Shown: positions 13,329 to 30,300 of the stretch, in pieces | Layout: the number at the start of each line of letters is the position of its first letter | Position numbering within the stretch: the first letter of the stretch is position 1 | NCBI GenBank assembly: GCA_951406725.2 | Contig: OX597814.1 | Span: 131,812,001-131,876,000, forward strand | Length of the DNA stretch: 64,000 nt | From: Octopus vulgaris | Lineage: Eukaryota | Direction: 5' to 3' | Notes under the pieces: generated by a model | Databases searched by the model: none | The model's input: the letters and a program-made list of their open reading frames with translations, nothing else | What the model was told of the DNA's origin: nothing | Translations under genes and position numbers: made by a program

Positions 13329-13795
13329 CACAGACAAGTGAACGAACCAGTGGACTTCTTTGCCGCCTCACCTATAACCAGCGAGGCGGTTACAATAGAA
13401 TGTATTGACATTAGCGAAAAAGATGTCCTACTAGCCATAGATGAAGTGGACACAAACTCAGCTGCTGGTCCAGACGGTTTCCCAGCCATCCTCCTCAAAG
13501 CGTGTAAGCATGCCCTGGCAAAACCCCTCAAGATTCTCTTACAGAGCTTACTTGCGAATTGCAAACTGCCAAGCAAGCTGAAGGAGGGAATAATATGCCC
13601 AATACATAAAGGGGGAAGTGGAGCAGATGCCAAAAACTATAGGCCTATCTCTCTGACTTCACACATCAGCAAAGTCATGGAACGGATAGTCAGAAAGAAA
13701 CTAATCGCATTCCTTGAGGAAAATAACTTGCTGAGTAATACCCAGCATGGTTTTCGACCAGGTAGGAGCTACCTGACCCAGCTCTTACAGCATGG
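13326..13795 (+). mobile_element. CR1-like LINE reverse-transcriptase fragment between (TA)n tracts
   Basis: SAAGPDGFPA, PIHKGGS...NYRPISLTSHISKVMERIV, QHGFRPGRSYLTQLL. Confidence 0.85.
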
Positions 13796-13818
13796 CCGCA
13801 GCTCTGAGCTGAAACTAG

Positions 13819-13866
<48 letters not shown>

Positions 13867-14625
13867 ACATCTCCATATAGAATAAATGAAATCTGAATAT
13901 GCTAAAAAACAGAAAACTATTATTTGATGTTTATCTCCTAAAACTGCTAAGATATATATCATAACACACTTGTAGCATTGTGTACCTGTTGTACTAATGA
14001 ATTAAAGATTGATATAGGTTCTAAATTTTCTTTTATAGGCACAGGTAATTTTGTGTGCTTAAGAAGCTCGCTTTGCAACCATGTGGTTTCGGGGTTCAAT
14101 TCCACTACACACCATCTTAAGCAAGTGTCTTCTATATCCTCACAATGACTTGTGAGTGAATTTGGTAGACGGAAACTGTGTGCAACCTTATGGAATATAC
14201 ATTGTGTGTGTGTGTGTGTGTGTGTGTATGCGCACGCGCGTGTGTATTTGTGTGTGACTGTGTGTGTGTGTGTGTGCTAGTGTATGTATGTGTCTGCCCG
14301 AGTTTTAACAAACCTAGCTTTAACAAATAAGCACTATTATCGATCCGTTCCATGAAACACATCACAACGGTGCCCCATCATGGCCACAGTCTAATCATTG
14401 GAACAAGTAAAAGATGAAAGATATTCTCCAGTAAATTTCAACAATTCGTTGTACCTTATCTTCATCATTCAAATGTTGTTTCCTTATACTTAGAAAATCT
14501 TTTCCGCATATAAAAGTTGTTTACGTATGATTTCACACATTTACTTGTATATTGGCACTCCTCTATTGTCGCACAACTGACATACTTATTATAACTGCTA
14601 TTTGAAGTATTATCAAGAGAGACAA

Positions 14626-15480
14626 ACGAAGGCGGAAGTATTGTTTATAGTCGTGTTTGTTTGTCCGTGGACAAGTTATCTCAAGAATTGCAGGATGAAT
14701 TCGGATGAAACTTTCAGAGACGTCCCGCCTTGTGACGAGCACGAAGCGCTTAGATTTCGGGATCTATCCGGTACTGGACAAGGATTCTAGAGTATTTGTT
14801 ATAGTTACTTTACCCTACATGATTACGATCTTACATTGACTTTCCACTTTTCTCAATTATCTCCATTTAGGCTGTCTCTAAAGTTTTATTTTCGTTCTTC
14901 TATTATTAATTTTACTCGCGTCTCTATCTTAATAGAAAGCGATGGATAAAGAAATCAAACTACATAAGCAAACGGCGGCAAAACCGTTCAGAAATTAAAT
15001 AACACTAACATATCTTCTTAATATATATTTTATATATTATACAAACAAATTAACACTTTACAATATACTTACATATATACATACATGTCCACATCGATCT
15101 AAAACAACAGGTATACTAAAGGAAGGCCGGAAATTAAGAGAAGAGAAAACCAAACGGTTTCATGCTATTCATTAAAAAATTCCTGAATAGAACATATTAT
15201 TATTACCTCCACCTTTGAAACTATTTTGAATGGTGAATTTGTTAACTTTGGCTTATATTAAGACAAGGGTAAACTATTTATTACTGTTACTAAATTTTCT
15301 ACACTCACCATCACATTCCATGGCTATCACTGTGATCGATCCGGTACCGGACAAGTATTCTGGATTATTTTTCCGTTTTTTTTTGCTTAATTTTTGAGAG
15401 AGGTCGGATTCATTTTTAGCATTCTCGTTTGTGAGAGCAGTCGGGTTTAATTCATATATTCTCATTTTAAAAATCATCTC
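14626..15480. mobile_element. Helentron/HINE (DINE-1-like) non-autonomous fragments
   Basis: GAAGGCGGAAGTATTG...GTTTGTTTGTCCG...GGATGAATTCGGATGAAACTTTCAG (14626-14790) and TTATTACCTCCACC (about 15200). Related minus-strand piece at about 33715-33958. Confidence 0.45.
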
Positions 15481-15660
15481 CGGTTAATCGTTGAAAAGGC
15501 GTTGGTGTTGTTGTTAATGTTGTATTTGAGTCAGTTGAATTGAAAGTGTATACGCTCCATGTGAGTACTGTTATTGTTAAACTGTTATTTATTGAATTAT
15601 GGATTGTTGTTACCTGAAATTGTTGAACTTGTTACCTGGTTTTTAAATTTTCTTCCCCAA

Positions 15661-16800
15661 TTATGGATGGTGCCAGCGAGCAGTTATGCTGCGGTGACTA
15701 GCAAAATCCTGTCAGCAGAGGTACTGCAAGTTAGAGAAATTAAATTGCAGGAGAAAAACTTCAAGAAATATAATGATTTATTGAGAAAGGAGGAAGATAG
15801 CATGAGGTTGACACCTCCCAAGGAAGTGACAGAAAAAATGGAGAAGAAAACAATTGTATACAGAACATTGAGTATTTCAACGAAAAAGGAGGGAATGGCA
15901 GCGGTGGAGGTGGTTGAGGAGAGCCTGAGAGAAGTTAAGAATGTAACGAGGTACTACACCAGAGGAAGGAAATACGGCACAGTGGAGGTACGTGAGTAAA
16001 GAAGAAGCGAGAAAATACTTCATTGTACCTTTGAGATCAGCGGAGTGGGCACTACTACCAACTTACTGTGGCAAACGTGAGGCCAGAGTAAGAATAGGTA
16101 GGGTGCTCCCAGAAATTGATGAGGCGTGGCTGGCGGCAGCCATCCTCTTCAATAGAGAGGAGGACACCGAAATATTGAAATATTGAGAACTACGGAGGTG
16201 AATTGATGAGGGTATGGACTAGAGGTATTGGTCCATATAAGCTTGCCAGACCTTCACAAGATTGCGGAAGAACTGGTAATGCCAGATGAAACAAGGTTAA
16301 GAATAGTGGTGGAAGGAAGACCGCCTCTATGTTTTCTATGTGGAGTAAGGGGACACATGAAAGTAAAGTGTCCCCGGAAATACGAACAGGAGGAGACAGA
16401 GAAGGAAATCAGGAAGAAGAGGGTGCAACCAAAGAGGAGGAGAAAATGAAAGAGCAATGAAGAAGAGTAATACAGATTCACCACCAAAAAGTCTGAGGAA
16501 GAAATGAGAGGCAAGTGGAAAGGAGACACAGAGTGAAAAACGAGAGAATACGGATGAGAAGAGAAAAAAACGAAAAGACATCAAAAGTGAGGAACGAATG
16601 CAGAAACCATGAACTGGCAAAGAGGAAAGAGAACAGAAGAGAAAGGAAAATGAAAGAGAGGTGATAGCAACACAGAATGAGAGACAGACAGAGATGAAAA
16701 TGCCAACGGTAGAGGAGGGGATTGGTGAGGAGAGAAAGAGACTCCGAAAAGGAAAAACCTGAGAACAATGGTGCAATACACAAAAAGTGTAGAGATAGAG
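15661..16800 (+). pseudogene. Decayed ORF1 (gag-like) of a second Tx1/L1-type LINE, with no ORF2 attached
   Basis: SYAAV near the N-terminus; LRIVVEGRPPLCFLCGVRGHMKVKC zinc knuckle (ORF 16228-16449) parallels VVAEGKKPRCYNCG of the first element; Glu/Lys-rich tail. Confidence 0.7.
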
Positions 16801-16904
16801 AAAAAGATTGCTAAGATGAAGATACGTTTATAAAAATGAATAGATACTGGAAGCGAAATAGCGGCAGAGAGGAGATGAGTAAAACCAAGAGCTCACGTTC
16901 TAGA

Positions 16905-17670
16905 ATACAGGAAGTCATATGGTTTGTCCCCCTTTTTCTCTTAGAGTGAGAAATTTGCCCAAGTTGTTTCTTAAGATTCTGAAGGAGAATTTCCCAAAGA
17001 ATCAAAAATACTATAGCATCTGTAATAAATCCTCCATCAAAGTTTCTTACTCGGTAATGCCGAATTTGGCCTCCATTATTGCATCTATTAATATAAGCAA
17101 GCTCTAATAAGCCTAAGGTTAGTGCTGCAAACCATTTACTCCCACCAGTCTTATCGTTCCCCTGTTTATGAGATAACTGAACGAAAGAACTCGGATACCA
17201 GATAAGTAATGTTAGTATTAGCAATAGGGATATAGGTGGTTCTGGTAAATCCTGTAATTGTAGAAACCCTATATTATGTCCCTTTGACGAATTCTGTCTG
17301 ACTACTATTGCTATATATACATGCGTTGTTAAAGAGGAGGGTAATTTGGATAGGTTTTACATAGGCAGTACTGTCAATTTTAAGGCTAGGTATAGGTCTC
17401 ACATGAATTCGTTTTCGAACGAAAATATTGTAACTCCACTACACTTGCCTCTTATATAAATGGTTTAAAGAGGAATAAAAAAAGTTAGTCTCTTGAGTAG
17501 TCTGTTATATTGAGGGCCCCTTATTTTAGAGTTAATATTAACAAGTGTAAGTTATGTGTAAGGGAATCTCTTGCCATCCTTAAGTACTTTGGGCCTGAAA
17601 CATTAAATAAACTTAGGGAGGTGATCTCTTTTTGCAACCATAAGTTTTCTTCTACTTTTCTGAGATGTGG
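16905..17670 (+). mobile_element. Penelope-like element 3' fragment (linker plus GIY-YIG), decayed
   Basis: PPFSLRV...FLKILKENFPK...SIKVSYSVMPNL, CNCRNPILCP, YIGSTVNFKARYRSHMNSF. Confidence 0.8.
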
Positions 17671-18314
17671 TAAATAATATTTAGATTTACGGGATTTTGA
17701 AACTGGATAGTATAAGTTCCTAATATTAGCAACCACCGGCATGTTTAGCAATGAAATAATTTTTTTGTTTTGGAGTGTGTTAGAAAATTTGGACTGGTCC
17801 CGCGATAGTTTATTGTTTTTTAAATAGCCATGCGGAGTTGTGAACGAACAATTTGTTGAGATTCCTATTTATCCCGATGCCGAGATGTACCTTAACTCAT
17901 AATCGAACTGCGGTAAGGAACTCCCGAAATAGATGTGCTTGACTTGATTTTGTGGAACTCTTTTTACTTCTGGACTCCAACCTGGTTTTTATGAACTGAA
18001 CATTTTTGACATACTTCTTTTTGTTTGAGGGGAATAAAAAAAAATTTTAGTCGATTGATATTTTATTTTATTTACATTTTTAGTCGCATGATATGCTTTA
18101 GAATTTTTAATCGATTGTAGTCTTGATAGGACGTTCTATATATCAGTATTTTTATTTGCATATATATGTTTTACCTTTTGTGTTTTTTTTTATATATGTA
18201 TTGTTTATAAGTTTAAAAGCCAGGGTAATATTTATATATGATCAAATGTTTGGAGGCATGGTGTTTTATATAAAGTCGTTGACTCGAATTTGATGTTTGT
18301 TCTCTGGTCAATGT

Positions 18315-18345
<31 letters not shown>

Positions 18346-18365
18346 ATACATGCATACATTCATAC

Positions 18366-18471
<106 letters not shown>

Positions 18472-18624
18472 AGTAGTTGAATGAATTATCCTAGTGTGGA
18501 TAATTCGGTTAACCGATACCCGGGTAGCAAATTCACGTCAGAAAAACACGGTTGAAGCTACATGCCAAGGGCAGAGATCACGTCCTTTCGTGTGGAAATT
18601 TGTGTGTTTTTTTTAATACAAATC

Positions 18625-19631
18625 AATGAAAGAATTGAGTTGAACGACGATTTAACAAAATTCCTTTATTCTCGACATATGTTTCGAAGACTGCATATTC
18701 CTAATTTCGAAGTAAATTAGTTTGGCGTCTTAAGGACAGCAATATAACTTTCAAGCTGGAAATGGTCCATATTGTCTGTATCCTTTCCGTTTGATAAGGG
18801 CAGAAAATTTTGTGGCGTCTGTAATTCCGAACTTTTCCATATACTTTTTGCCAAATTCCCTTTAGTAAATACAATGGTTGAAAAATCCTATAGGTGCATG
18901 CACTGACAGAAACACACCTTTCACTCATATGAATGATGATTAATATAGATAACCTCCTTGAATTTAATAATTTGGTTCCACTTATACAACACCACCATAG
19001 ACAAATTTTTATACTCATGAAGGACTACTACCAAATTCGTTGGGTATGTTTTACCTTTGTCTCTCTACCTCTCCCTCCTCTCTCTTTCTCTCCCTCTCTC
19101 TATCGTAAGCACAATCAAACACAGACACAAACCTGTCACTTCACCACTAGTTGTTTTTGACATCTACCCATCCACACACACAATCACGTACACACATACA
19201 CACACATAGACACGAATGCAGTTATATACATACACACACATAGGCACTCAATCTCATTAGCAAAAGCAAACAACAACACATCACCATTCATATGACTTGC
19301 ACCCTGTCACCTTCCTATTCTTAGATCTCTCTCCCCTTTCAACCTTGTTTGAACTCTTGAACTTTCTAGAATCTTCTACATTCAAACATTTTTTACGTCA
19401 CTGCTTAAACTGAATATTTTAAAGAAACACTCATTATCGCTATGGACTCCGTGTGGGCAGTCATCTAAAAGTTTTTGTTCATCATGATGCTGACATAAGT
19501 TCCTTGTCTTTCCTGATGAGAAGGCGGCATAATGCACCCCTTATTCCTTCGAAATTAGGAATATGCAGTCTTCGAAACATATGTCGAGAATAAAGGAATT
19601 TTGTTAAATCGTCGTTCAACTCCATTCTTTC

Positions 19632-19634
<3 letters not shown>
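18625..19634. repeat. Element bounded by about 88-bp near-perfect inverted repeats (18625-18712 / 19547-19634), PLE-pLTR-like
   Basis: The two arms are reverse complements. The right arm overlaps a hammerhead motif. Confidence 0.8.
19509..19589 (+). ncRNA. Type-I hammerhead ribozyme, intact core, extended stem II
   Basis: TTTC-CTGATGA-GAAGGCGGCATA...TATGCAGTCTTC-GAAA-CATATG-TC-GAGA. Same architecture as 10396-10491. Confidence 0.75.
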
Positions 19635-19712
<78 letters not shown>

Positions 19713-19724
19713 TATATATATACA

Positions 19725-19758
<34 letters not shown>

Positions 19759-20415
19759 TACAGGACACCACAAATAAACGTAGAACACAACGAGAAACGA
19801 AAACATAAAAACAAACTAGGAAACGGAATTTTTTTTAACAACGAAAAAGCAGAGTACAAGACAAACAATACAAGAAATATTCCCCTTCATCAGCTGCCCC
19901 TGGTTCGACTCAATGTGTGTTTCGAAGGTAAGGGCTGAACACGATACGGCCGAAACAATCCTTCCTGCAAAATGAATTAAATAAAATTATTTTGCAGAGG
20001 GATAAAACAAGGAAAGAAAAAAAGTGACAAGAACAGGACGTAAAAGCAATACAAATAAAAATACAGTACACATAAAGAATAAAAACAGGACAATGAAACC
20101 AACATTGAGGGCTTTTTTAAGCCTAGACGATGGAAAAATTCGGAGCGCAATTTAGAATCGACTATCTAGAGACAGAAAAAGTCGATGTTGACTTGTAGAA
20201 AGCTACGAGCAAAAGAAAGTTAGTAGTCCACTCAGCAGTTATATGTTATTACATGACTGAGTGCCCTCGCGTCGTTTCGTTTCTTTCCTCCAAGTAAGTT
20301 TTTATATATAATTATGACGCGCACTCTCTAACCCTTTACTTGACCTTCCTTTCCTTCCTGTCTGTCTTCCTCTCTACCTGTCTCTCTCCTTCTTATTTTT
20401 CACCCTTTCTGGTTT

Positions 20416-20452
<37 letters not shown>

Positions 20453-20510
20453 CTGAGTGGACTACTAACGTTCTTTTCCTCGTAGCTTTCTACAAGTCAA
20501 CATCGACTTT

Positions 20511-20544
<34 letters not shown>

Positions 20545-21229
20545 GTCAGTCTGTCTGCCTGCCTGTCTGACTGTCAGTCTGTCTGCCTGTCTGTCTACGT
20601 ATCTATCTATCTGTCTGTCTGTCTGTCTATGTATGTATTTATGTATGTATGTATGTATGTATGTATGTATGTATCTATCTATCTATCTAAAGCTTGAATG
20701 CAAGTTCTAGATGTATCTGACACTTTTTTCATATTTCATAAAACATGCAAACGCTTATTCTTCATTGATGAGATGTTTTCAAATATTTGTATACTCTGCC
20801 TTACTACACCAGTCGAAAATTGTTATATTCCTCTGCAGAGAATGGCGAGGAAGCCACTGAAAAATTCATTGTTTCCTCTTTTTACACTCCTTATCCTTTA
20901 GTGATAATAAGGAGTTTGATGCTCTTTCCCAAAATCCTACCAGGAAATAATTTTTAAATAGCGATTTCAGATTTGAATAAGAGAGAAAAAGGAACAAGAA
21001 GCAACCTTTCCATCGTCCCTCGTAGCGAGTGTATTATTTATTAGACGCAATAGTGACCGTATGAAAATGTATAATGTTATGTTGAAATTAGAGAAAGCAG
21101 GCGAAAGAGCATATGTCGTAGTTTAGACGACTGTGTTTTAATAAAATCTACAATAACACTTACTGAACTGGGCCATGATAGTCGTGAAGTTCATCCCGTT
21201 AAGAAATATTTCTCAATGTCCGGGTGCAT

Positions 21230-21380
21230 TATATCACCGGATGTAACCAATTCCGTGTCATTTATTGTTGTACAAGCTGATATTTTCTCATCATATTATG
21301 AATAGGAATGTATGGGAATCCCACCGGTGGTTTTCAGAAAGGTATATAATGAGAACATTCATGAGAGTCGAAGTCATTAA
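21230..21380 (+). promoter_or_regulatory. Core promoter of IL17-like gene 1
   Basis: ETS-like ACCGGATGT 21236-21244, kappaB-like palindrome TGGGAATCCCA 21313-21323, TATATAA 21343-21349, Inr-like TCATT (A at 21376). The same 33-nt TATA-Inr spacing occurs in all three genes. Confidence 0.7.
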
Positions 21381-21505
21381 GAAGTAAATCATAATAAGAA
21401 ACGAGTAAAGTTTCTTGTTTCTTTAGTGCATTACTGACTTACAGCCGTACTGCCCTCATCTTGCTTTCGACTTCATAGAGAACAAACACAGCAGTAAAAA
21501 TAACG

Positions 21506-21508
<3 letters not shown>
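21376..21508 (+). other. Exon 1 of IL17-like gene 1 (5' UTR plus start codon only)
   Basis: AAAAATAACG-ATG|GTAAGTAG; no upstream ATG in the exon; homologous to 39139-39260 and 56276-56412. Confidence 0.78.
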
Positions 21509-25327
<3,819 letters not shown>

Positions 25328-25898
25328 AAACCAACCAACTGCTAAATTGTTCAGTGCGTGTAACGCAGAAGTTGTTTACAGTATAATTAAAACGTCATGT
25401 TGACCACTATGTGGTTATTATTATTTTCATTTTACTTTTTATTTGCTTTTATATTTCACTTTTTACCTTCATCTTTGGTTATTATATATTGCTATCTGGG
25501 ACATTTTAATAATCAATTACATCATATCTATATGAGGCACATGAACCGATATGGATCTAACAGAAATTTCACATGTATTCGAGCATTGAAGTCTAACATT
25601 CATATAGGCAAGTGAATGGGAACTTATATGCTATGTGCATACGTATGCATATAAGCACACTTCTGCATGCTTTATTTAATTATATTCTAGTAATATATAC
25701 GTATACATACATACAATCAGGAATGAAACCAAATGTAGAGTATTCATTAATGCATCAGAAGTGAATGACTCCGAAACCCAGCACTTCGAGTTACTCGTTT
25801 ACAATCATCAGATGGTAAACCTCACCTTGCTTTCTTTTGCATATCCAATGTCTATATTTTTTTTTTGACTACGTGAAATCGTAGCCTTTCATTTACGC

Positions 25899-25999
<101 letters not shown>

Positions 26000-26274
26000 G
26001 AGATAAAACCACTATTAGGCAAATCAAACAGTGAAAAACATAAACCAAAACATAAAAATAAATATAATTAATATAATATATAAAATATATAATATATAAA
26101 ATTTAAAATTAATTTATTTAAATTAAAAATTTTTAATTTATACTTTTTATATTTTTTAAATATTTTTTGAATTTTAAATTTATAAATTTTTAAACTTTTA
26201 ATTTTTTAACATCTATATTTATTTTTTTATATAACTATCAAAAAGGTATTAAAAAGTTTAATATAATATAATAA

Positions 26275-26342
<68 letters not shown>

Positions 26343-26405
26343 CTCTAGTTTTCAAATGCAAGGGACATTTTTCTTTTTTCTGTCTGTCTCTGTCTGTCTT
26401 TTTCA

Positions 26406-26575
<170 letters not shown>

Positions 26576-26909
26576 CACGCACACAGCAAGCAACACATGC
26601 TTGAAATAGTTGTATATATTGAATAAGAATTTAATTATTTTAAATATTATTTACACGTATATATTTTCTATTCACATATATTTCTACATATTCAAGAAAT
26701 AATGTGCCATTAATTTTATAATTTGTACATAATAACTGTATATATTTTCATAAACAATAATTTCTAAATAATTATTTTGCATGTTTTTATAGCTGTGTAT
26801 TTTGTAACAATATGTTTAATAGAATCTTACTCTCTATATTTTATAAATATGTGAAGCAAGGAGAGATCAATTTATAAATCATAATTCTAACGAAAATTTA
26901 CATTTGATT

Positions 26910-26915
26910 AATAAA
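26910..26915 (+). terminator. Probable polyadenylation signal of IL17 copy 1
   Basis: AATAAA inside a block (about 26640-27110) conserved with 43680-44170 downstream of copy 2, followed by a T/GT-rich tract. Confidence 0.55.
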
Positions 26916-27210
26916 ATATATTATGAACACAAATATTCCACCTTTGTTATTTTCTCTGTATTATACCTTTGTCTGGGTAAATAATATAATTTTTGGATAA
27001 AATATTCGACAGCTGGATGTCGCATTCAAAGCCTTTATCGGTGTTTTGCTGTGGTTCGTAATATAATACTTTTATATTCGTAATGTACTTGGTTATATAT
27101 TACAAGTAAAAGGATTTCTGCAAATAATGCCTGCACTATGCTAACATAGTGAGCTGAACATTATTTACATTATTTACATTCGACGGATATTTGTCATCTT
27201 GTTTGTTGTT

Positions 27211-27256
27211 AACACAACATTTCGGCTGATATATCTTCCAGCCTTCTTCAGTTGCA
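27211..27256 (-). ncRNA. Hammerhead-like motif in the PLE 3' terminal region, degenerate
   Basis: Minus strand: CTGAAGA-A-GGCTG gaagatatat CAGCC-GAAA-TG-TT-GTGTT. Confidence 0.5.
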
Positions 27257-27345
27257 TTGAGGAAATTTCGAACCTGGGTTCTCATTCATAAGGTATTTTT
27301 CGATGTTGTTGTTGTTATTATTATCATTATTATTATTATTATTAC

Positions 27346-30300
27346 TTTTTTTTTCTTCTTTCAAATTTGCTTCCACTTCTTGCCGAGTGTCTTCCCGACT
27401 TCTAGGGCAAAGAAACTCATAGTATACATTGGTAGGCCATTAAACCAAACTCAATAGTTCGTTCATTTTTGTTTTTTTTTTTTTTTTAAGTTAAATTAAA
27501 ATACATGAGCAGCAACAGTTTTCACATCGACAATGCTCTTCTCAATACGTGTGATGTACCAGTTAAGACAATCTTTTGCACTTCTTGCAGGGATGGTAAG
27601 CCAGGGATCATTCTCATATAATTTTCGGTTCCCTTCTTGATCATTCCTAGTGCTCCTACGATCACTGGTATTGTAACCGCTTTGAGATGCCACATTTTCT
27701 CAATTTCAATGAGTAGGTCTTTATATTTTCTGAGCTTGTCAAACTCTTTCGCTGAGATATTATGATCACAGGGGATGCTCATGTCGATCAAAAAGCAAAT
27801 TTTATTGTTTTGGTCTTTCACAACAATATCTGGTTTATTGGCCTTGATGGTTCGGTCTGTATGTACTGGAAAGTCCCACAGAATGGTTACATTTTCTCCT
27901 TCAGTTACAGCCTCAGGGTGGTGATTATACCACTTGTCGGCAGTTTTGATATTGTAATGCCGACTTATTAGCCAGTGTAGATATTGGCCAACTCTGTCAT
28001 GTCTTAATTTATACTTCACTGGTGCTAAGACTTTACATCCAGAGATTAGGTGGTCCACTGTTTCAATCATGTCGTTGCAGAATCGGCATTTTGGGTCTGC
28101 TCCATTTTTCATCACATTGGCCTGGTAGTTCCGGGTTAATAGGCTTTGATCTTGAGCAGCCAGGATAAAACCTTCGCTCTCTGCTTTCAGCCCTGAGCTC
28201 CGTAGCCACTGATGGGTTTGCTTCTGGTCAACATCAGCTTGTTTGCTGCGTGCCACATATTTGCCGTGCAGAGGTTTCTCCTCCCACCTATCAGCCCGTG
28301 CGCTTTTTTCGTTGCCATTATTTTCACCTTCTTTGCAACAATAGTTGCCGTACTTCCCTCGGGTTGTTCAGTTTGGGTATCCTGCACGAGATCAATAGCA
28401 AATTTTTTGCTTTCCTTTATGATAGAATGAAGCTTCTTTCGTCTCTCGTGATTTTCCACGAGCTTTAGCATCCAGTCATTTGATATTTCGAGATATTTGG
28501 CCAGTCCAATTGTGGTTGTTTTGTAAGCTAGTTCAAATTGGATCAGGCCTCGACCTCCTTGGGCTCTGGGAAGGTAAAGGCGATCTACGTCTGCCTTTGG
28601 GTGGTGCATCCTATTACAACTCAGCAGCTTGCGTATTTTCCTATCTATATTCTTTACTTCACTCATATTCCAGTTCAACACATTGTAGCTATAAGTAACA
28701 ACTGGAACTGCTAAGGAATTTATAGCTAACACCTTGTTACGTGCATTTAGTTCAGATTTCAGGACTGCACGAACTCTCCTATAACATTCCTTCCTGATCT
28801 TCTCTTTCATGCTTGCATGCTGAATACCAGAGCCTTCATTTATCCCTAAATATTTGTATGTTTGTTCTTGCTCAAGCTCTCTTATGACTGTGTCAACATC
28901 TAACACGACTGAATTTGTGGTCTTCACTTTCCCTTTCTGGAAAGTGGCCTTGGCACACTTCTCAAGTCCAAACTCCATCCCGATGTCATCGCTGAATGCT
29001 TTCACAGTGCGCAATAGGCCTTCAAGTTCATTATTGTCTTTACCATAAAGTTTTAAGTCATCCATATAAAATAGATGGCTTATTTTTTTATTGGCAATTT
29101 TATACCCATACCCTGTTCTGTTTAATTCACTTGTAAGGGGTATTAGGGCTATGCAGAATATTAAAGGTGAAAGTGAGTCACCTTGAAAGATTCCTCAGTT
29201 GATGTTTATATTTTCTGAGGCAAGTACTCCATTAGAGTGGTATAATTGGAGATTCGTATTCCACAACGACATATTGTGCTTCAGGAAGTTTGAAATTACA
29301 GGGAAAATTTTGAAGATGTCCAGCAATCTCAAGATCCATGGATGCGGTATACTGTCGAAGGCCTTTTTATAGTCAATCCATGCGGAGCTGAGATTTTTGC
29401 GCTTGTTGTGACAGTTTTCAAGGATCATACGATTGATTAGCAGTTGATCTTTGCATCCGTAAGAGCCTCGGCGGCACCCTTTTTGTTCAATGGGGAAAAT
29501 ATCGTTCTTCTCCATGAATGCATATGTTTTCTCCGCCAGGATAGATGTTAGGATTTTATACGGGGTGGATAGACAGGTTATAGGCCGATAGTGTTTTGGA
29601 AGGTTGGTTTCGTTATTCTTTGGGAGTAGGTAAGTAATGCCACTTGCTAACCATTCAGGTGTTTTCTTTGGGTCTCTCATAATTCCATTGAGCAGCTGAA
29701 CTAGCTCACCGTGTGCGCATGGGAGCGATGTGAGCCAGAAATTCGGCACCCTGTCTTTACCGGGGGATTTCCAATTATGGGCCTTCGTGAGTGCCTTTCT
29801 TAGGTCTGCTATTGTGATGTCTTCCCATGCTTGTTGTTGTAAATTTTGGTAGGATCCTTCAGTTTGTATAATCTAGTCTGCATTTATGTTGTACGTCTTC
29901 TTGTCACTCCAAATCCTTTTCCAAAAGTTTTGAACTTCTTCCATGAGAGGGGGGTCTTTAATGGTTACTTTCTCCTTCCCTATTTCTCTGTAGAATTTTT
30001 TGGCATTGGATGTGAACAGCTTATTTTGCTTGTAAAACTTGTTTCTCTTCTCAAATCTTCGTATTCTTTGGGCTTTTGCTTGAACTTTTTGTTTCAGCGT
30101 TTCTTTTATTGATATCAGTTCTTCTCTTGGTGAGGATCCAAATTTTCTCTTCATCTTTCTTCCTGTTCTGGATCTTACATCATTTCCACATATTAGTTAA
30201 TTTAATATTGATATTTCCCCTCTCATAAATTCAATCTCTTTTTCAATTTTACTTCTCCAGGTTTGATTTCTTCCCAGGTTTGGTTTTCTTTGTTTTTTCG

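Noticed and set aside
16905-17670. Selenocysteine-recoded PLE ORF
   Set aside because: The interruptions include TAA/TAG stops and frameshifts, consistent with ordinary decay; no SECIS was recognisable.
19880-19935. Possible hammerhead on the minus strand (CTGATGA-AGGGGA..TTCTT); similar partial motif at 50610-50665
   Set aside because: No correctly placed GAAA box or closing stems could be assembled.
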